A DNA stretch of 64,000 bases, taken from assembly GCA_965197745.1 (NCBI GenBank), contig CBDANS010000006.1, positions 224,001 to 288,000 on the forward strand, read 5' to 3'. Numbering within the stretch: position 1 is the first letter of the stretch; each line of letters opens with the position of its first letter. A program made the translations under genes and the position numbers. Source of the DNA: Opitutales bacterium (GTDB taxonomy: Bacteria > Verrucomicrobiota > Verrucomicrobiia > Opitutales > PNEW01). Shown here in pieces: positions 50,124 through 60,285 of this stretch. The notes below the pieces were generated by a model, which was not told the origin of the DNA, did not search any database, and was given only the letters and a program-made list of their open reading frames with translations.

Positions 50124-51002
50124 TCACATAGCGGCTAAAGATTGAAAATCGACCGCTTCAAGATCCGCGTGAAATTCCTTAATTTTATCTCCGGCTAACG
50201 GAATGCCCGGGAGCGTGGGAGGGCCACAATCCAGGCCGAGCAGCCTCAACGCTTCCTTAAGGGCGCCACGAAATTCATATTTTTTGAATATATTGATGAC
50301 TTCATTAACCTTAAGCTGCAGGACCAATCCCTCTTCGTATTTACCGGCTGCGCAACACTCATGGATCTTTCGATAGACACCGGCCAAGACATTAACCGTG
50401 GAACCCACGTTGCCGGAAACTCCCATCATCAAACAAAAAACACAGTGTTCATCCATCCCGGAGAATACCGTCCATTCGCCATCACTGATATCAATTATAC
50501 GTTTTAATTCGTCCATGTCGGAGCCGGTATATTTGGTGCCCGTAATATTAGGAATCTGCTTAAGCTCGTGCAAAAGATCCTCCCCTGCCCCGAAAAGATA
50601 AGGCATGACCGGTAAATCCGGGACGGCATTGGCAATAGCTTCAAAATAAGGGTAGAGGCTGTCTCCAAAATACATGGGAGGGATAATACTGCTTATTCCG
50701 GACGCTCCATTGTCGCGCGCATGTCGAGTCAAATCCAGCGCATCGCGCAAGGCGAGACTTCCGGTATGAACAATTACCGGCACACGCTCTTGAAGATGCT
50801 GAACCACGGTTTCCACTACCCGCTTACGTTCCGGCACTGATAAAAATATTCCCTGGCCGGTTGAACCACAAAGATAGAACCCCCCCACACTTTTGCTGAG
50901 AAGATAATCTACAAGATCTTTTAATGCTGAGGGATTGACGGTTCCATCAGATGTAAGCGGGGTTACTAACGCTGGCCAATGACCGCTAAATTTTCGTGTC
51001 AT
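50124..51002 (-). CDS. DapA/NanA (N-acetylneuraminate-lyase-like) family aldolase
   Basis: ALVTP, CGSTGQG, PPMY, catalytic KYT, SGMDE. Confidence 0.85.
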   Translation of the reverse strand: MTRKFSGHWPALVTPLTSDGTVNPSALKDLVDYLLSKSVGGFYLCGSTGQGIFLSVPERKRVVETVVQHLQERVPVIVHTGSLALRDALDLTRHARDNGASGISSIIPPMYFGDSLYPYFEAIANAVPDLPVMPYLFGAGEDLLHELKQIPNITGTKYTGSDMDELKRIIDISDGEWTVFSGMDEHCVFCLMMGVSGNVGSTVNVLAGVYRKIHECCAAGKYEEGLVLQLKVNEVINIFKKYEFRGALKEALRLLGLDCGPPTLPGIPLAGDKIKEFHADLEAVDFQSLAAM

Positions 51003-51224
51003 TATTTTATTTTTAGTTTATTTTAGATCCCAATAAAACAATGAAGCGTGCTGTTTTCCCTTATCATTAGCAATGTTTTTCATCCATTATAAATCTCGCC
51101 ACTCTGAAAAGTCATAAAGTTGCTTAAAGATTTATAATTTTTATCTAGACAATGATTAAGCACCGACTTGAGTTCGTAATAAAGGATAAGAATAGTAAAC
51201 TTTGAACGCTAACACATTACATCC

Positions 51225-52259
51225 ATGTCTGATATAAAAGTAGGAATTGTCGGTTACGGTTATTGGGGTCCGAATCTCGTGCGTAATTTCTTTGAAATAC
51301 CAGGCGCGGAAATTGCCATGGTCAGCGATTTACAGGCTGAGCGCCTGAAGGCAGTGCAAATGCGTTATCCAACGATTAAAACAACGACACGGTATGAAGA
51401 TCTTTTGCAAAATCAGGAATTAGACGCCATTGTCATTGCTACCCCTGTTTCCACGCATTATGAACTGGCGATGCAGGCACTTAAAGCGGACAAACATGTG
51501 TTCGTGGAAAAGCCGCTCGCTGCCAATTCAAATGATGGTCTTCAATTAATTGAAGTAGCCGATAAACGCAATCGGGTGTTAATTGTCGATCACACATTCA
51601 TATACACGGACGCGGTAAAAAAGATGCGCGATATGGTTGTGAGTAATGAACTGGGAGATATTTATTATTACGACTCGGTGCGGATCAATTTAGGATTATT
51701 TCAGCACGACATTAATGTTCTCTGGGACCTCGCTGTTCATGATCTTGCCATTATGGAATATGTCCTTGCTAAATCACCCCTTGCCGTTTCCGCGACAGGG
51801 ATGAGCCACATCGCCGATGAACCGGAAAACCTCGCTTATCTTACTCTTTTTTTTAATGACAACTTGATCGCCCATCTGCATGTCAACTGGCTCGCGCCAT
51901 TGAAAGTAAGACAGGTGCTGGTGGGAGGCAGTCAAAAGATGATTGTTTTTGACGACCTCGAACCGAGCGAGAAAATAAAGATATATGACAAGGGAATTAC
52001 CCTGGAAAAGAATCCTGAAAATATACGCCGCTTGCTTATCGGCTACCGCGCGGGCGATATGTGGGCGCCTCAGCTGGACAGGACCGAGGCCTTACGATCT
52101 GAAGTTTTACACTTCACCGATTGTATTAATAACAAGAAGACTCCCATTACAGACGGGGCTGCCGGATTAAGAGTGGTACAGTTACTTGAGGCGGCTTCAA
52201 TCTCTATGGCCAACCGTGGAGAGCCGATAGAACTCAAGTTAACAAATCCCCTCTCCTGA
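51225..52259 (+). CDS. Gfo/Idh/MocA oxidoreductase (nucleotide-sugar dehydrogenase type)
   Basis: GYGYWGPNLVRNF, ATP..TH, VEKP, RINLG, WDLAVHD, WLAPLKVR. Confidence 0.9.
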   Translation: MSDIKVGIVGYGYWGPNLVRNFFEIPGAEIAMVSDLQAERLKAVQMRYPTIKTTTRYEDLLQNQELDAIVIATPVSTHYELAMQALKADKHVFVEKPLAANSNDGLQLIEVADKRNRVLIVDHTFIYTDAVKKMRDMVVSNELGDIYYYDSVRINLGLFQHDINVLWDLAVHDLAIMEYVLAKSPLAVSATGMSHIADEPENLAYLTLFFNDNLIAHLHVNWLAPLKVRQVLVGGSQKMIVFDDLEPSEKIKIYDKGITLEKNPENIRRLLIGYRAGDMWAPQLDRTEALRSEVLHFTDCINNKKTPITDGAAGLRVVQLLEAASISMANRGEPIELKLTNPLS

Positions 52260-52359
52260 TTGAATCGCGAGGAAGGGACCATAAAAATTCCAATTACTGA
52301 GTTCATGTTTATTTTGCACCAGAAGAAGACCGCTGAAATTATATCGGCAAAATTTTAAA

Positions 52360-53220
52360 ATGGACGAACTTAATCCTCGATTAGAAAAAATTAAGTCAAT
52401 TCCCATCTGCCCTCAAAGTGGCGGTCGCTTAATTTTAGAATCCGATAAAGCCACCTGTAAAAAAACAGGTGTCGTTTATCCCATCCGTAATGGGAAAATA
52501 TATTTCATTGAGGTCCCGGAACGCGGCGATGAATTAGATGATATCAAAGGTAAATTTAAAAAATGGTTAGGTAAATATTATTACACCCTGGGGAGGGACA
52601 TAGTAGCGCCAACCTATCCCTTTAACTACTCCAAATGGATACATCACTATTTAAATCCTACGACCGATATCGTTGTTGATGCCGGGTGTGGGAATCACCG
52701 TGTCGACGAAAATGTAATCTGTATGGACCTGTTTGATTATGATGCTGTGGATATCGTCTGTAATCTCGATTCCCTGCCATTTAAACGAAACAGTGTAGAC
52801 GCCTTTGTCACCCGCAGTGTCCTGGAGCATGTGCCTGATCCCCCGACGGTGATCGATGGGTTCTTCCGTTGCACGCGTTCTAATGGTATCGGCATGCACC
52901 TCATTCCCTTTCTATTTCCCTTTCACGCATCACCCTATGATTTCCAGCGCTTTACTCATATGGGATTAAAATTTCTTTTCGAGAAATGGAAAATAATCGA
53001 GCAATTCAATGTAACCGGTCCCATTACGCTGGCCATAATCAACACGATCGAATTTCTTTCCATACTGCTCAGTTTTGGGTCCAAAAAAGCAAAAGCTGTC
53101 ATCTATCTTATATTGTGCCTTGTCTTATTTCCCCTTAAATTTCTTGACGCCCCATTCGTTCGGCGAAAAAGTTTCATTACCATCGCGCCCACTATTCTCA
53201 CGGTCATCCGAAAACCGTAA
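52360..53220 (+). CDS. SAM-dependent methyltransferase with N-terminal Trm112-like segment
   Basis: ICPQSGG...YPIRNG; DAGCG; VLEHVPDP; PFLFPFHASPYDFQRFT. Confidence 0.85.
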   Translation: MDELNPRLEKIKSIPICPQSGGRLILESDKATCKKTGVVYPIRNGKIYFIEVPERGDELDDIKGKFKKWLGKYYYTLGRDIVAPTYPFNYSKWIHHYLNPTTDIVVDAGCGNHRVDENVICMDLFDYDAVDIVCNLDSLPFKRNSVDAFVTRSVLEHVPDPPTVIDGFFRCTRSNGIGMHLIPFLFPFHASPYDFQRFTHMGLKFLFEKWKIIEQFNVTGPITLAIINTIEFLSILLSFGSKKAKAVIYLILCLVLFPLKFLDAPFVRRKSFITIAPTILTVIRKP

Positions 53221-53237
53221 TATTAAGGAATCCAGAC

Positions 53238-54107
53238 ATGATAAAGGTAAAAGAAGAAAAACAAACTATAGAGGATATTTCACGTGATATTAACATGAAT
53301 GGCTTTTGCGTATCCGAGGGCGTTATCCCGGAAGACAAAGTTGCCGAAGTGCGTGATGATATAGTAAACGTGAGCAAAGAAGAATTTGAGCGCGTGGCAA
53401 AAGAGGCTGAAAAAACGAGAGCACAAGGACACATAATCGGGGCTCAAGGTGTGGAGCAGGCCAAAGGAATTATTAATTTTACCCAGGTGTTCGCCCCCTA
53501 TCTCACCCACGAAAAATTTTTAGGTGTCGCTGAATCGATTTTTGGTCCTTTTGTTAAAGTTATCTGGACATCCGTGCTTATTAACCATCCGGGAACTAAG
53601 CGCTTCTACTGGCACGCGGACTGGCCCTATAATCAGACTAATGCTTCGCATATACCCGCGCCCTACCCCGATGTGATCATGGGTCTGGCCTCGATCTGGA
53701 TGTTGACCCCATTTAACGAGGAAACGGGTGGCACCCTGGTTATTCCCGGCAGTCACCGGATGAACAACAATCCCTCAGCCGAAGGGATAAAAGGCATAGA
53801 TCGCCATGCCCCCTATAAAACAGAAATGCAAATTAAGGGAAACGCGGGTGATGTTCTCCTTTACGATCCCCGTCTATGGCATGCCGTGGCCCCAAATATA
53901 AGCAATGAATCACGGGTTGCTTTAGTTATACGCTTATCTCCCTGGTGGTTTAACATCACTCCTGCCATGAAAGGGTCGCAGGAACATACGAGCATGGTTG
54001 TCGATACCGGTGGGAAAAATTATGATATTCCACCCATTAAGCGTGAAGCTTTTAATAAGTTACCGGATACGGTAAAACCCCTCTTTCACCATTGGATAGT
54101 GGACTGA
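53238..54107 (+). CDS. PhyH-family Fe(II)/2OG dioxygenase
   Basis: WHADWP, GGTLVIPGSH, GDVLLYD.RLWH. Confidence 0.88.
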   Translation: MIKVKEEKQTIEDISRDINMNGFCVSEGVIPEDKVAEVRDDIVNVSKEEFERVAKEAEKTRAQGHIIGAQGVEQAKGIINFTQVFAPYLTHEKFLGVAESIFGPFVKVIWTSVLINHPGTKRFYWHADWPYNQTNASHIPAPYPDVIMGLASIWMLTPFNEETGGTLVIPGSHRMNNNPSAEGIKGIDRHAPYKTEMQIKGNAGDVLLYDPRLWHAVAPNISNESRVALVIRLSPWWFNITPAMKGSQEHTSMVVDTGGKNYDIPPIKREAFNKLPDTVKPLFHHWIVD

Positions 54108-54237
54108 GTAAATTCCCGAAATCGCTCGCGGAAAAACAAACCTCTACTTTTTAAGCGGCTTCTCGCCGGGATAATTCCTGTCTTTTAATCATGGGGGCGA
54201 CACTAAATTAAGCTATCTCCCACGGGAATCGAGGCAT

Positions 54238-54333
54238 CTACCAGGTGCGTTTTTTATGTCGATTCGCCCTTAAACGCTTGCGGCGTTTGTGCTGCGCAAT
54301 TTTACGGCGTCGTTTTTTTCTGAGATTCCCCAT
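54238..54333 (-). CDS. Small basic AURKAIP1/COX24-domain protein (bS22-like ribosomal protein)
   Basis: Manual translation [31 protein letters not shown] (31 aa), directly downstream of rpsT; below the ORF track cutoff. Confidence 0.85.
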   Translation of the reverse strand: MGNLRKKRRRKIAQHKRRKRLRANRHKKRTW

Positions 54334-54461
54334 AGATATAAGATGCTATATGAAGCGTTGGTAAGAAGCTATATATTCCCGCCCATGTAAAGCTTTTTTT
54401 AAACTCAAGCCCGCGCGTGTTCCTTCAATCGACAGTCGTAATTCGAAATTCAACAATGCTT

Positions 54462-54716
54462 CTACCCCAGGTATTGGGAACATTTCGACTTATGGCGGTT
54501 GGCATTATTGCGGTGAATCACCCCTGACTTTACAGCCTTGTCGAGGGCAGACACATAATTCATCGCCGCTTCCTTTATCTCCTTTTTTTTCTTTTTCTCA
54601 ACTGACTCTGTCAAATTTACACTTAATGTCTTCAGACGACTTTTCACACTGCGGTTACGCACCGTACGTTTTTCGATACGGCGGATATCTTTCTTTGAAG
54701 ACTTGAGATTAGCCAT
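54462..54716 (-). CDS. rpsT: 30S ribosomal protein S20
   Basis: MANLKSSKKDIR...NRSVKSRLKT...LDKAVKSGVIHRN.A.R.KS. Confidence 0.97.
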   Translation of the reverse strand: MANLKSSKKDIRRIEKRTVRNRSVKSRLKTLSVNLTESVEKKKKKEIKEAAMNYVSALDKAVKSGVIHRNNANRHKSKCSQYLG

Positions 54717-54739
54717 TGTTGAAAAAAATTGAAAGGTGG

Positions 54740-54768
54740 AATCTGCTTGTCCATGACCCTCCTGTCAA
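54740..54768 (-). promoter_or_regulatory. Putative sigma-70 promoter of rpsT
   Basis: TTGACA-17 nt-CAGATT on the minus strand, 24 nt before the ATG. Confidence 0.55.
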
Positions 54769-54860
54769 TAAAGAAAAAGAGCTTTAATCACCGATTACAC
54801 GGGAATACAGAAGCGTAAATATCATTTTAAGAGAGATTCTCCATCCGCGTTAGAAAGTCG

Positions 54861-55259
54861 GTTTTCAGGGGAGAGTAAGCCGGATTCTGTAACCCGTCTT
54901 GAGCGACGAGCGCATTCATTTATCTACCGGGCGGCGATAACACCTCCCGATCTCCTCCGAAGAGGAGTGCGACTCACCCGGGACCAATGGGCGGGCCACC
55001 CGATCCCCTATTTAGCCTTGCACCGGATTGGGTTTATCGTGCCCCTTCGGTTACCCTCAGGGCGGTGGGCTCTTACCCCACCTTTTCACCCTTACCATGC
55101 AGCTTTTACCCTCCATGGCGGTATATTTTCTGTGACACTATCCGTCATTCTCAGCTTCAACTGAAAACACCCTCGCTTTCACAAGGAATCCTGCCCTGTG
55201 GTGTCCGGACTTTCCTCTCCAATTGCAAGAACCAGAGCGAATGCTTTCTCCCCGAAAAC
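54861..55259 (-). ncRNA. rnpB: RNase P RNA (bacterial type A)
   Basis: Minus strand has GAGGAAAGUCCGG (CR-I), GGGUGAAAAGGUGGGGUAAGAGCCCACC and ACAGAAUCCGGCUUAC (CR-V); ends pair as P1 (GUUUUCGGGGAGA / UCUCCCCUGAAAAC). Exact ends approximate. Confidence 0.95.
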
Positions 55260-55332
55260 CGATCTTTAAATATAGATGTTTTATTCCCGTGGGCAAGTGA
55301 CTTTTGCCTATTATTTCTAAATTCCTTCGCGC

Positions 55333-56040
55333 TTATTGCTGATAAACAATTCGGCTGCAATTGCCACATCTCACCAATTCACCACTCTTATGCGTGGCGT
55401 TTACCACATCAATAGAAACACGAATGTAGCATCCCGTGCATTTGCTCCCATCCAGGGGAACGACATAGGGAGCGCGACTTATACTGGATTTGATCATTTC
55501 GTATACATTAAGCGCATGGGGATCGACTTCATCAGATGCCTTCTGACAGGCTTGAATCGCTTCATCCAGTTTACTTTCTCCCATGATCTTTTGTTCATTC
55601 AGTCGGGCAATATGTCCCTCAAGCTCTTCGATTTTTTTATTGTGTTCTGATTCCTCTAAAACGGCCTTCTCCTTTTGCTCATCAATGGCAATGAGCACGG
55701 TAATTTCTTCATCTTCCAAATCACTCTTACGCTGGTTAAGTGTTGAAATTTCGTGGTTCAGAGCTTGATACTCCTCGTTCTTTTTAACCTCTAATTGCTG
55801 TATTTTATATTTTCCAATCTGTTCTTCCACCGTTCCGAGTTGGGTATCCACATCGTTTCTTTTTATTTCCAGATTATTTACATTTTCCTTTAGTTTTAAT
55901 TTACTCTCTTTTTCCTCGTTTATTTTACTTTCAAACTTCGTAACTTCCATAGGAATATTCTTTAACTGTTGCTCCAGTCGTTCGCAATTGACATTACTCT
56001 CCTGTAACATAAGCAGTTTTTCGATTAAAGCGTCTGGCAT
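55333..56040 (-). CDS. Coiled-coil protein with C4-type zinc ribbon (DUF164-like)
   Basis: Long coiled coil, KKNEEYQAL.HEI, CTGC...CGNCSRIVY. ATG 56040 preferred. Confidence 0.88.
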   Translation of the reverse strand: MPDALIEKLLMLQESNVNCERLEQQLKNIPMEVTKFESKINEEKESKLKLKENVNNLEIKRNDVDTQLGTVEEQIGKYKIQQLEVKKNEEYQALNHEISTLNQRKSDLEDEEITVLIAIDEQKEKAVLEESEHNKKIEELEGHIARLNEQKIMGESKLDEAIQACQKASDEVDPHALNVYEMIKSSISRAPYVVPLDGSKCTGCYIRVSIDVVNATHKSGELVRCGNCSRIVYQQ

Positions 56041-56151
56041 ATCTCTACTCCTTGCAACGACACCGTCAAAAAGCAAACTCAAAATCCGGGCCGTTGCGAC
56101 CCGCTGATATTTCTAAAATAGCATAGTCCTATTCACACCTACTAATCTCAC

Positions 56152-58215
56152 ATGATTGGCCTGAACGAAGCGTATAGTAAACAGCGTTCTCCGGATTACC
56201 TCCCCGAAATCGCGGAAAAAATATTCAGTGAAAATGGCTGGTTACAAAAAATACTTGGGTTTGAGCATAGGCCGGAGCAGGAACATATGGCAATTTCTGT
56301 AGCACAGTCATTTATCACCGATATCTCCCTGCTTTTCGAAGCGGGCACCGGTGTGGGTAAAAGCATGGCTTACCTCATTCCCGCCATTATCAGCGCCATT
56401 GAAACGCAACGCCAATGCATCGTTTCAACGCACACGATATCTCTCCAGGAACAAATCCAAAGCAATGATCTCCCCCTTTGTCGAAAGCTTTTCAGTAAAC
56501 AGCCCGACCTCTCGCCCTACGAGGACTTTAAAACGGCGCTCCTCCTGGGGCGGGGCAATTATCTATGCACGACCAGGCTTTTACAAGCCATGGACACTAA
56601 AACGGAACTCTTCCCCACGCCCGAACAACAAGAACTCGATCGTATCATCGAGTGGTCGCGACACACCAATAAGGGACTGTTACATGAACTTAATCCCTTA
56701 CCCCACCCCGATGTCTGGGAATGGGTAAATGCCGATGCTTCAGCCTGTAATCGCCGACAATGCACCCCGGACACTTGCTTTTTCCAAAAAGCCCGGGCAC
56801 GCTTGCACCATGCACAAATTATTATAATCAACCACAGTTTGCTCTTCTCGCTTATTGGCGCCGGGGCTGTTCCTCACGATGAGCATGGCATTCTTTTCCC
56901 TGATGACTTTCTGGTTATAGACGAAGCACAGACGGTCCCCGATGTAGCTACGGATCAACTTGGGCATCGTATCAGCTCCATCGGCCTGGATCGTCTGCTT
57001 AAACGCCTCTACAACCCCCGCCGGAAAAAGGGGCTTCTTTCCCTTTATGGAAATACCAGCGATTGCAAAGCTGTAGAAAAAACCCTGCACAAAGCTGATT
57101 CCTTTTTCAAAAGTATCAGAAGTGATTCGCTAATGGAGCAGGATATTGTCCGCATTTATCGCGAGGACTGGTGTGAACCTGTGTTGAATCCTTATCTTCA
57201 GGATATTATTGAGCGTGTCTCCATACTTGCCAGCAAACAAAGTAACGGACCGGTAAAAGATGATTTAACAGAATTCAGGAGCCGATTAGACGGTTATAAA
57301 AATGGAATAAACCTTTGTCTCTCCCTCGCTGATGAGGATCTCGTTTATTGGCTGGAACGGACCGGTCGCAATAAAAAAAACGTGGTCATGCGGACTGCTC
57401 CCATTGACGTAGCGACTCATTTACAGCAGTGCTTATTTAATAGAGGGGTGTCAGTAATTATGACCAGCGCGACTCTCGCGCGAAGTCCTGATATGGACAG
57501 TTTCAGAGATAAAGCAGGAGCATTCGGAGTAGAAGCGGAACAGGTTAATTCACCCTTTGATTTTGAATATAATATGCGTATTTTCATCGCGACGGACGCG
57601 CCGGCACCCAGTGGGAAATCAGCACGACTCGATATCGATTATTTAAGTGATACTATTGCGCACTGCGCGCTCCGGGTTCGAGGAGGTAGCCTCGTTCTGT
57701 TTACCAGTTATTCTGACATGAGACAGGTCTCAAGTGTTATTGAAAATCAGTTTACTGATGAGAAAAGACCATTTTTTATGCAGGGTCGCGATGGATCGCG
57801 AAGCGACCTCATTCGCGGATTTTCCAAGGCAGAAAACGGCATCCTTTTCGGTACAGACAGCTTTTGGGCCGGTGTGGATATTCCCGGCCCCGCGCTTTCT
57901 CAAATTATTATCACGCGATTGCCCTTTGAAAACCCTTCACACCCCGTGAGTGAGGCTAAGAACGATTGGATAAGAGCGCGCGGCGGCAATCCATTTGTGG
58001 AGATAACACTACCCGAAGCCATCATTAAATTTCGTCAGGGTATAGGTCGCCTCATAAGAAATAAATCGGACTGTGGGACGATAACTATTCTCGATTCACG
58101 AATACTCAACAAGGAATATGGACGACAATTTATATCTGTCCTTCCCAAACGCCATTTTGAAAAATTCACCCGTGATAATCGTGATAATGCCTTTTGCCCC
58201 CTTGAAGCAGGATAA
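56152..58215 (+). CDS. dinG: DinG/YoaA-family ATP-dependent DNA helicase
   Basis: EAGTGVGKS, Fe-S cysteines, IDEAQ, TSATL, LFTSY, GVDIPG, QGIGRLIR. Confidence 0.9.
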   Translation: MIGLNEAYSKQRSPDYLPEIAEKIFSENGWLQKILGFEHRPEQEHMAISVAQSFITDISLLFEAGTGVGKSMAYLIPAIISAIETQRQCIVSTHTISLQEQIQSNDLPLCRKLFSKQPDLSPYEDFKTALLLGRGNYLCTTRLLQAMDTKTELFPTPEQQELDRIIEWSRHTNKGLLHELNPLPHPDVWEWVNADASACNRRQCTPDTCFFQKARARLHHAQIIIINHSLLFSLIGAGAVPHDEHGILFPDDFLVIDEAQTVPDVATDQLGHRISSIGLDRLLKRLYNPRRKKGLLSLYGNTSDCKAVEKTLHKADSFFKSIRSDSLMEQDIVRIYREDWCEPVLNPYLQDIIERVSILASKQSNGPVKDDLTEFRSRLDGYKNGINLCLSLADEDLVYWLERTGRNKKNVVMRTAPIDVATHLQQCLFNRGVSVIMTSATLARSPDMDSFRDKAGAFGVEAEQVNSPFDFEYNMRIFIATDAPAPSGKSARLDIDYLSDTIAHCALRVRGGSLVLFTSYSDMRQVSSVIENQFTDEKRPFFMQGRDGSRSDLIRGFSKAENGILFGTDSFWAGVDIPGPALSQIIITRLPFENPSHPVSEAKNDWIRARGGNPFVEITLPEAIIKFRQGIGRLIRNKSDCGTITILDSRILNKEYGRQFISVLPKRHFEKFTRDNRDNAFCPLEAG

Positions 58216-58228
58216 TAACATCAACGAG

Positions 58229-58364
58229 TGCGGATATTCGATTGCCGATTTTCAATTGGAAATAAGAGGGATATGGCCTAATAAATCTTAATTTACCTGT
58301 TAAGGACTATTTAATCCATCAACTTACAACTTTTTGACAAATCTGCGATCGAAAATCCACAATC
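58229..58364. repeat. Heptamer-based imperfect inverted-repeat element, copy 3
   Basis: tgcggatattcgattgccgattttcaatt ... aaatctgcgatcgaaaatccacaatc just after the helicase stop. Confidence 0.55.
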
Positions 58365-58522
58365 TTCCATGGGCAATCTCCTTTATGATTGAGGTTAGTG
58401 ACGTATTCTGGTATAAGTATTCTTTGTTAAAAAATAGTATAATTTTTCTGCTCCAACCTAAAAGTCTGTCCCTTCACCTTGGAATATATACCATTTGGGG
58501 ATACTAATATCTAATTAGCAGG

Positions 58523-59275
58523 GTGAGTTCTTCCAATTCAGATTCCTTAAACGCTGTTCGTAACTTAAAGATTTCCACTTTTGGGTTATCCGACCGTGGA
58601 AAACTACGTAAGAAAAACGAGGACATGCTATATCTCGATGAAACCCATCGCATATACGCGGTAGCTGATGGTCTCGGTGGCCTGCCACGCGGAGCATTAG
58701 CAAGCAGCTTAGCTGTCAAAAAGCTGAAAGAATCGCTCAATAATGTTAAAAACGGTAATTTGAATTTAGAACTCCTATTTAATTACATTAATCAATCTGT
58801 TTATAATGAGGGGCAAAAAGTTAATGCTGAGATCGGAATAGGCACAACCCTGACCGCGGTTCATATCGCGAACAACAAGATGACGATCGGTCATGTCGGA
58901 GATTGCACCGTATACATTTATAGAGAAGACACATGGAAAAAGATTACAACCGATCATACCATGGAAGAGGAAATACGATCACGCATGGCCCCGGACGATA
59001 ATACAATTATCCCGGAATATTTTTCTCACACTCTCACCCGATGTCTGGGGCAACAGAGTGATCTGGAAACTGATATTTATGAACAGGACATCAGAGCTGG
59101 TGATCGCATTCTCATATGCAGCGATGGGATTAACAAAACGCTGACTGATGATGAAATGCAGGAGGAAGCTTCTAAGGCAGCTGATCCGGAAAGTTTTATT
59201 CGCCACCTTATCGACATGGCTAATGACCATGGCGGTCCGGATAATTCCACGGGCATAGCTATCTTCTTATCCTAG
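58523..59275 (+). CDS. PP2C-family Ser/Thr protein phosphatase
   Basis: G..R..NED, VADGLGG, GTT, HVGD, LTRCLG, CSDG, GGPDNST. Confidence 0.93.
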   Translation: MSSSNSDSLNAVRNLKISTFGLSDRGKLRKKNEDMLYLDETHRIYAVADGLGGLPRGALASSLAVKKLKESLNNVKNGNLNLELLFNYINQSVYNEGQKVNAEIGIGTTLTAVHIANNKMTIGHVGDCTVYIYREDTWKKITTDHTMEEEIRSRMAPDDNTIIPEYFSHTLTRCLGQQSDLETDIYEQDIRAGDRILICSDGINKTLTDDEMQEEASKAADPESFIRHLIDMANDHGGPDNSTGIAIFLS

Positions 59276-60186
59276 TGATCCTGCCCCAGCGTGTAGGGGT
59301 ATTCCCCACTGCTCACGCGCGCAGCAAGTTGTTCTCTGACAAGCTCTACATCCTCCGGATACGTTACCCCGAACCATTTTTCCTCGGTTTTCAGGACTTT
59401 GACTTTCGCATGTCCCTGCTCAATCATCCTGTCTACCGCAACAGGGATTAAAAATTCCGAATCCATCTCACTACCCTGTGTATTGAGAAAATCAACCCAT
59501 AGAGCATCCAGTTGGTTAAAGATCGCAGGGGTGAAGCCGAATAGATTCATCGAAGTGATGGCATCATCATTCAGGGCATTGTGATTTCCTTCGCTATCGC
59601 TTGAGCGCGGTCCGGAAACCGTTTTCTCTATTTTATAATGTTCTTCTAAACCCACTAAATAATGATCATCATTCACACTGCATATCCCTCGTGTGACGGT
59701 TCCAAAATCAGAGAGCGTATTACCCAACCGATATCCGATTAGACAAAAATTGCTGTTATCATTATTTTGTTCCCGGGAAAGAAATTTATACAGAATCTCG
59801 TAAGCGCTTTTCCCGTAAAAATCATCCGCATTGATAACACCAAACGGTTCATTGATAACATCCCGCGCCATCCCTATGGCATGCCCTGTGCCCCAGGGCT
59901 TTGTCCTGTCCGTGGGAGGGGAGAAACCCTCTGGCAAGCTATGTAAATCCTGGTAAACATAATCCACGGCAACGCTATCTGCTACTTTATTACCAATACG
60001 TTCTTTAAAAGCTGTTTTAAAATCATGCCTGATGATAAAGATTATTTTCCCGAAACCTGCACGAATGGCATCGTATATCGAGTACTCCAGGAGTGTTTCT
60101 CCATTGGGCCCAAAAGTCTCCATTTGCTTCAAACCTCCAAAACGACTGCCAACCCCTGCCGCGAGTACCAGTAATGTGGGTTTCAT
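59272..60186 (-). CDS. Nucleotidyltransferase (NTP transferase family)
   Basis: LAAGVGSRFGGLKQ, KPWGTGHA, INADDFYG, WFGVTY.ED. Confidence 0.88.
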   Translation of the reverse strand: MKPTLLVLAAGVGSRFGGLKQMETFGPNGETLLEYSIYDAIRAGFGKIIFIIRHDFKTAFKERIGNKVADSVAVDYVYQDLHSLPEGFSPPTDRTKPWGTGHAIGMARDVINEPFGVINADDFYGKSAYEILYKFLSREQNNDNSNFCLIGYRLGNTLSDFGTVTRGICSVNDDHYLVGLEEHYKIEKTVSGPRSSDSEGNHNALNDDAITSMNLFGFTPAIFNQLDALWVDFLNTQGSEMDSEFLIPVAVDRMIEQGHAKVKVLKTEEKWFGVTYPEDVELVREQLAARVSSGEYPYTLGQDH

Positions 60187-60285
60187 GATAGGATGTTATT
60201 ACAGGCAGAGAGTGGTGAACGGAAGGAAAATAAGTTTGACCCTTGGCTGAAATATGGCAGATTTCTACCTTTTCATAATATTTTT

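Noticed and set aside
54967..55415. ORFs of 65-142 aa
   Set aside because: They overlap the RNase P RNA gene and are shadows of it.
60193..60285. N-terminal extension of S21
   Set aside because: The region holds the putative promoter; S21 similarity begins at ATG 60286.
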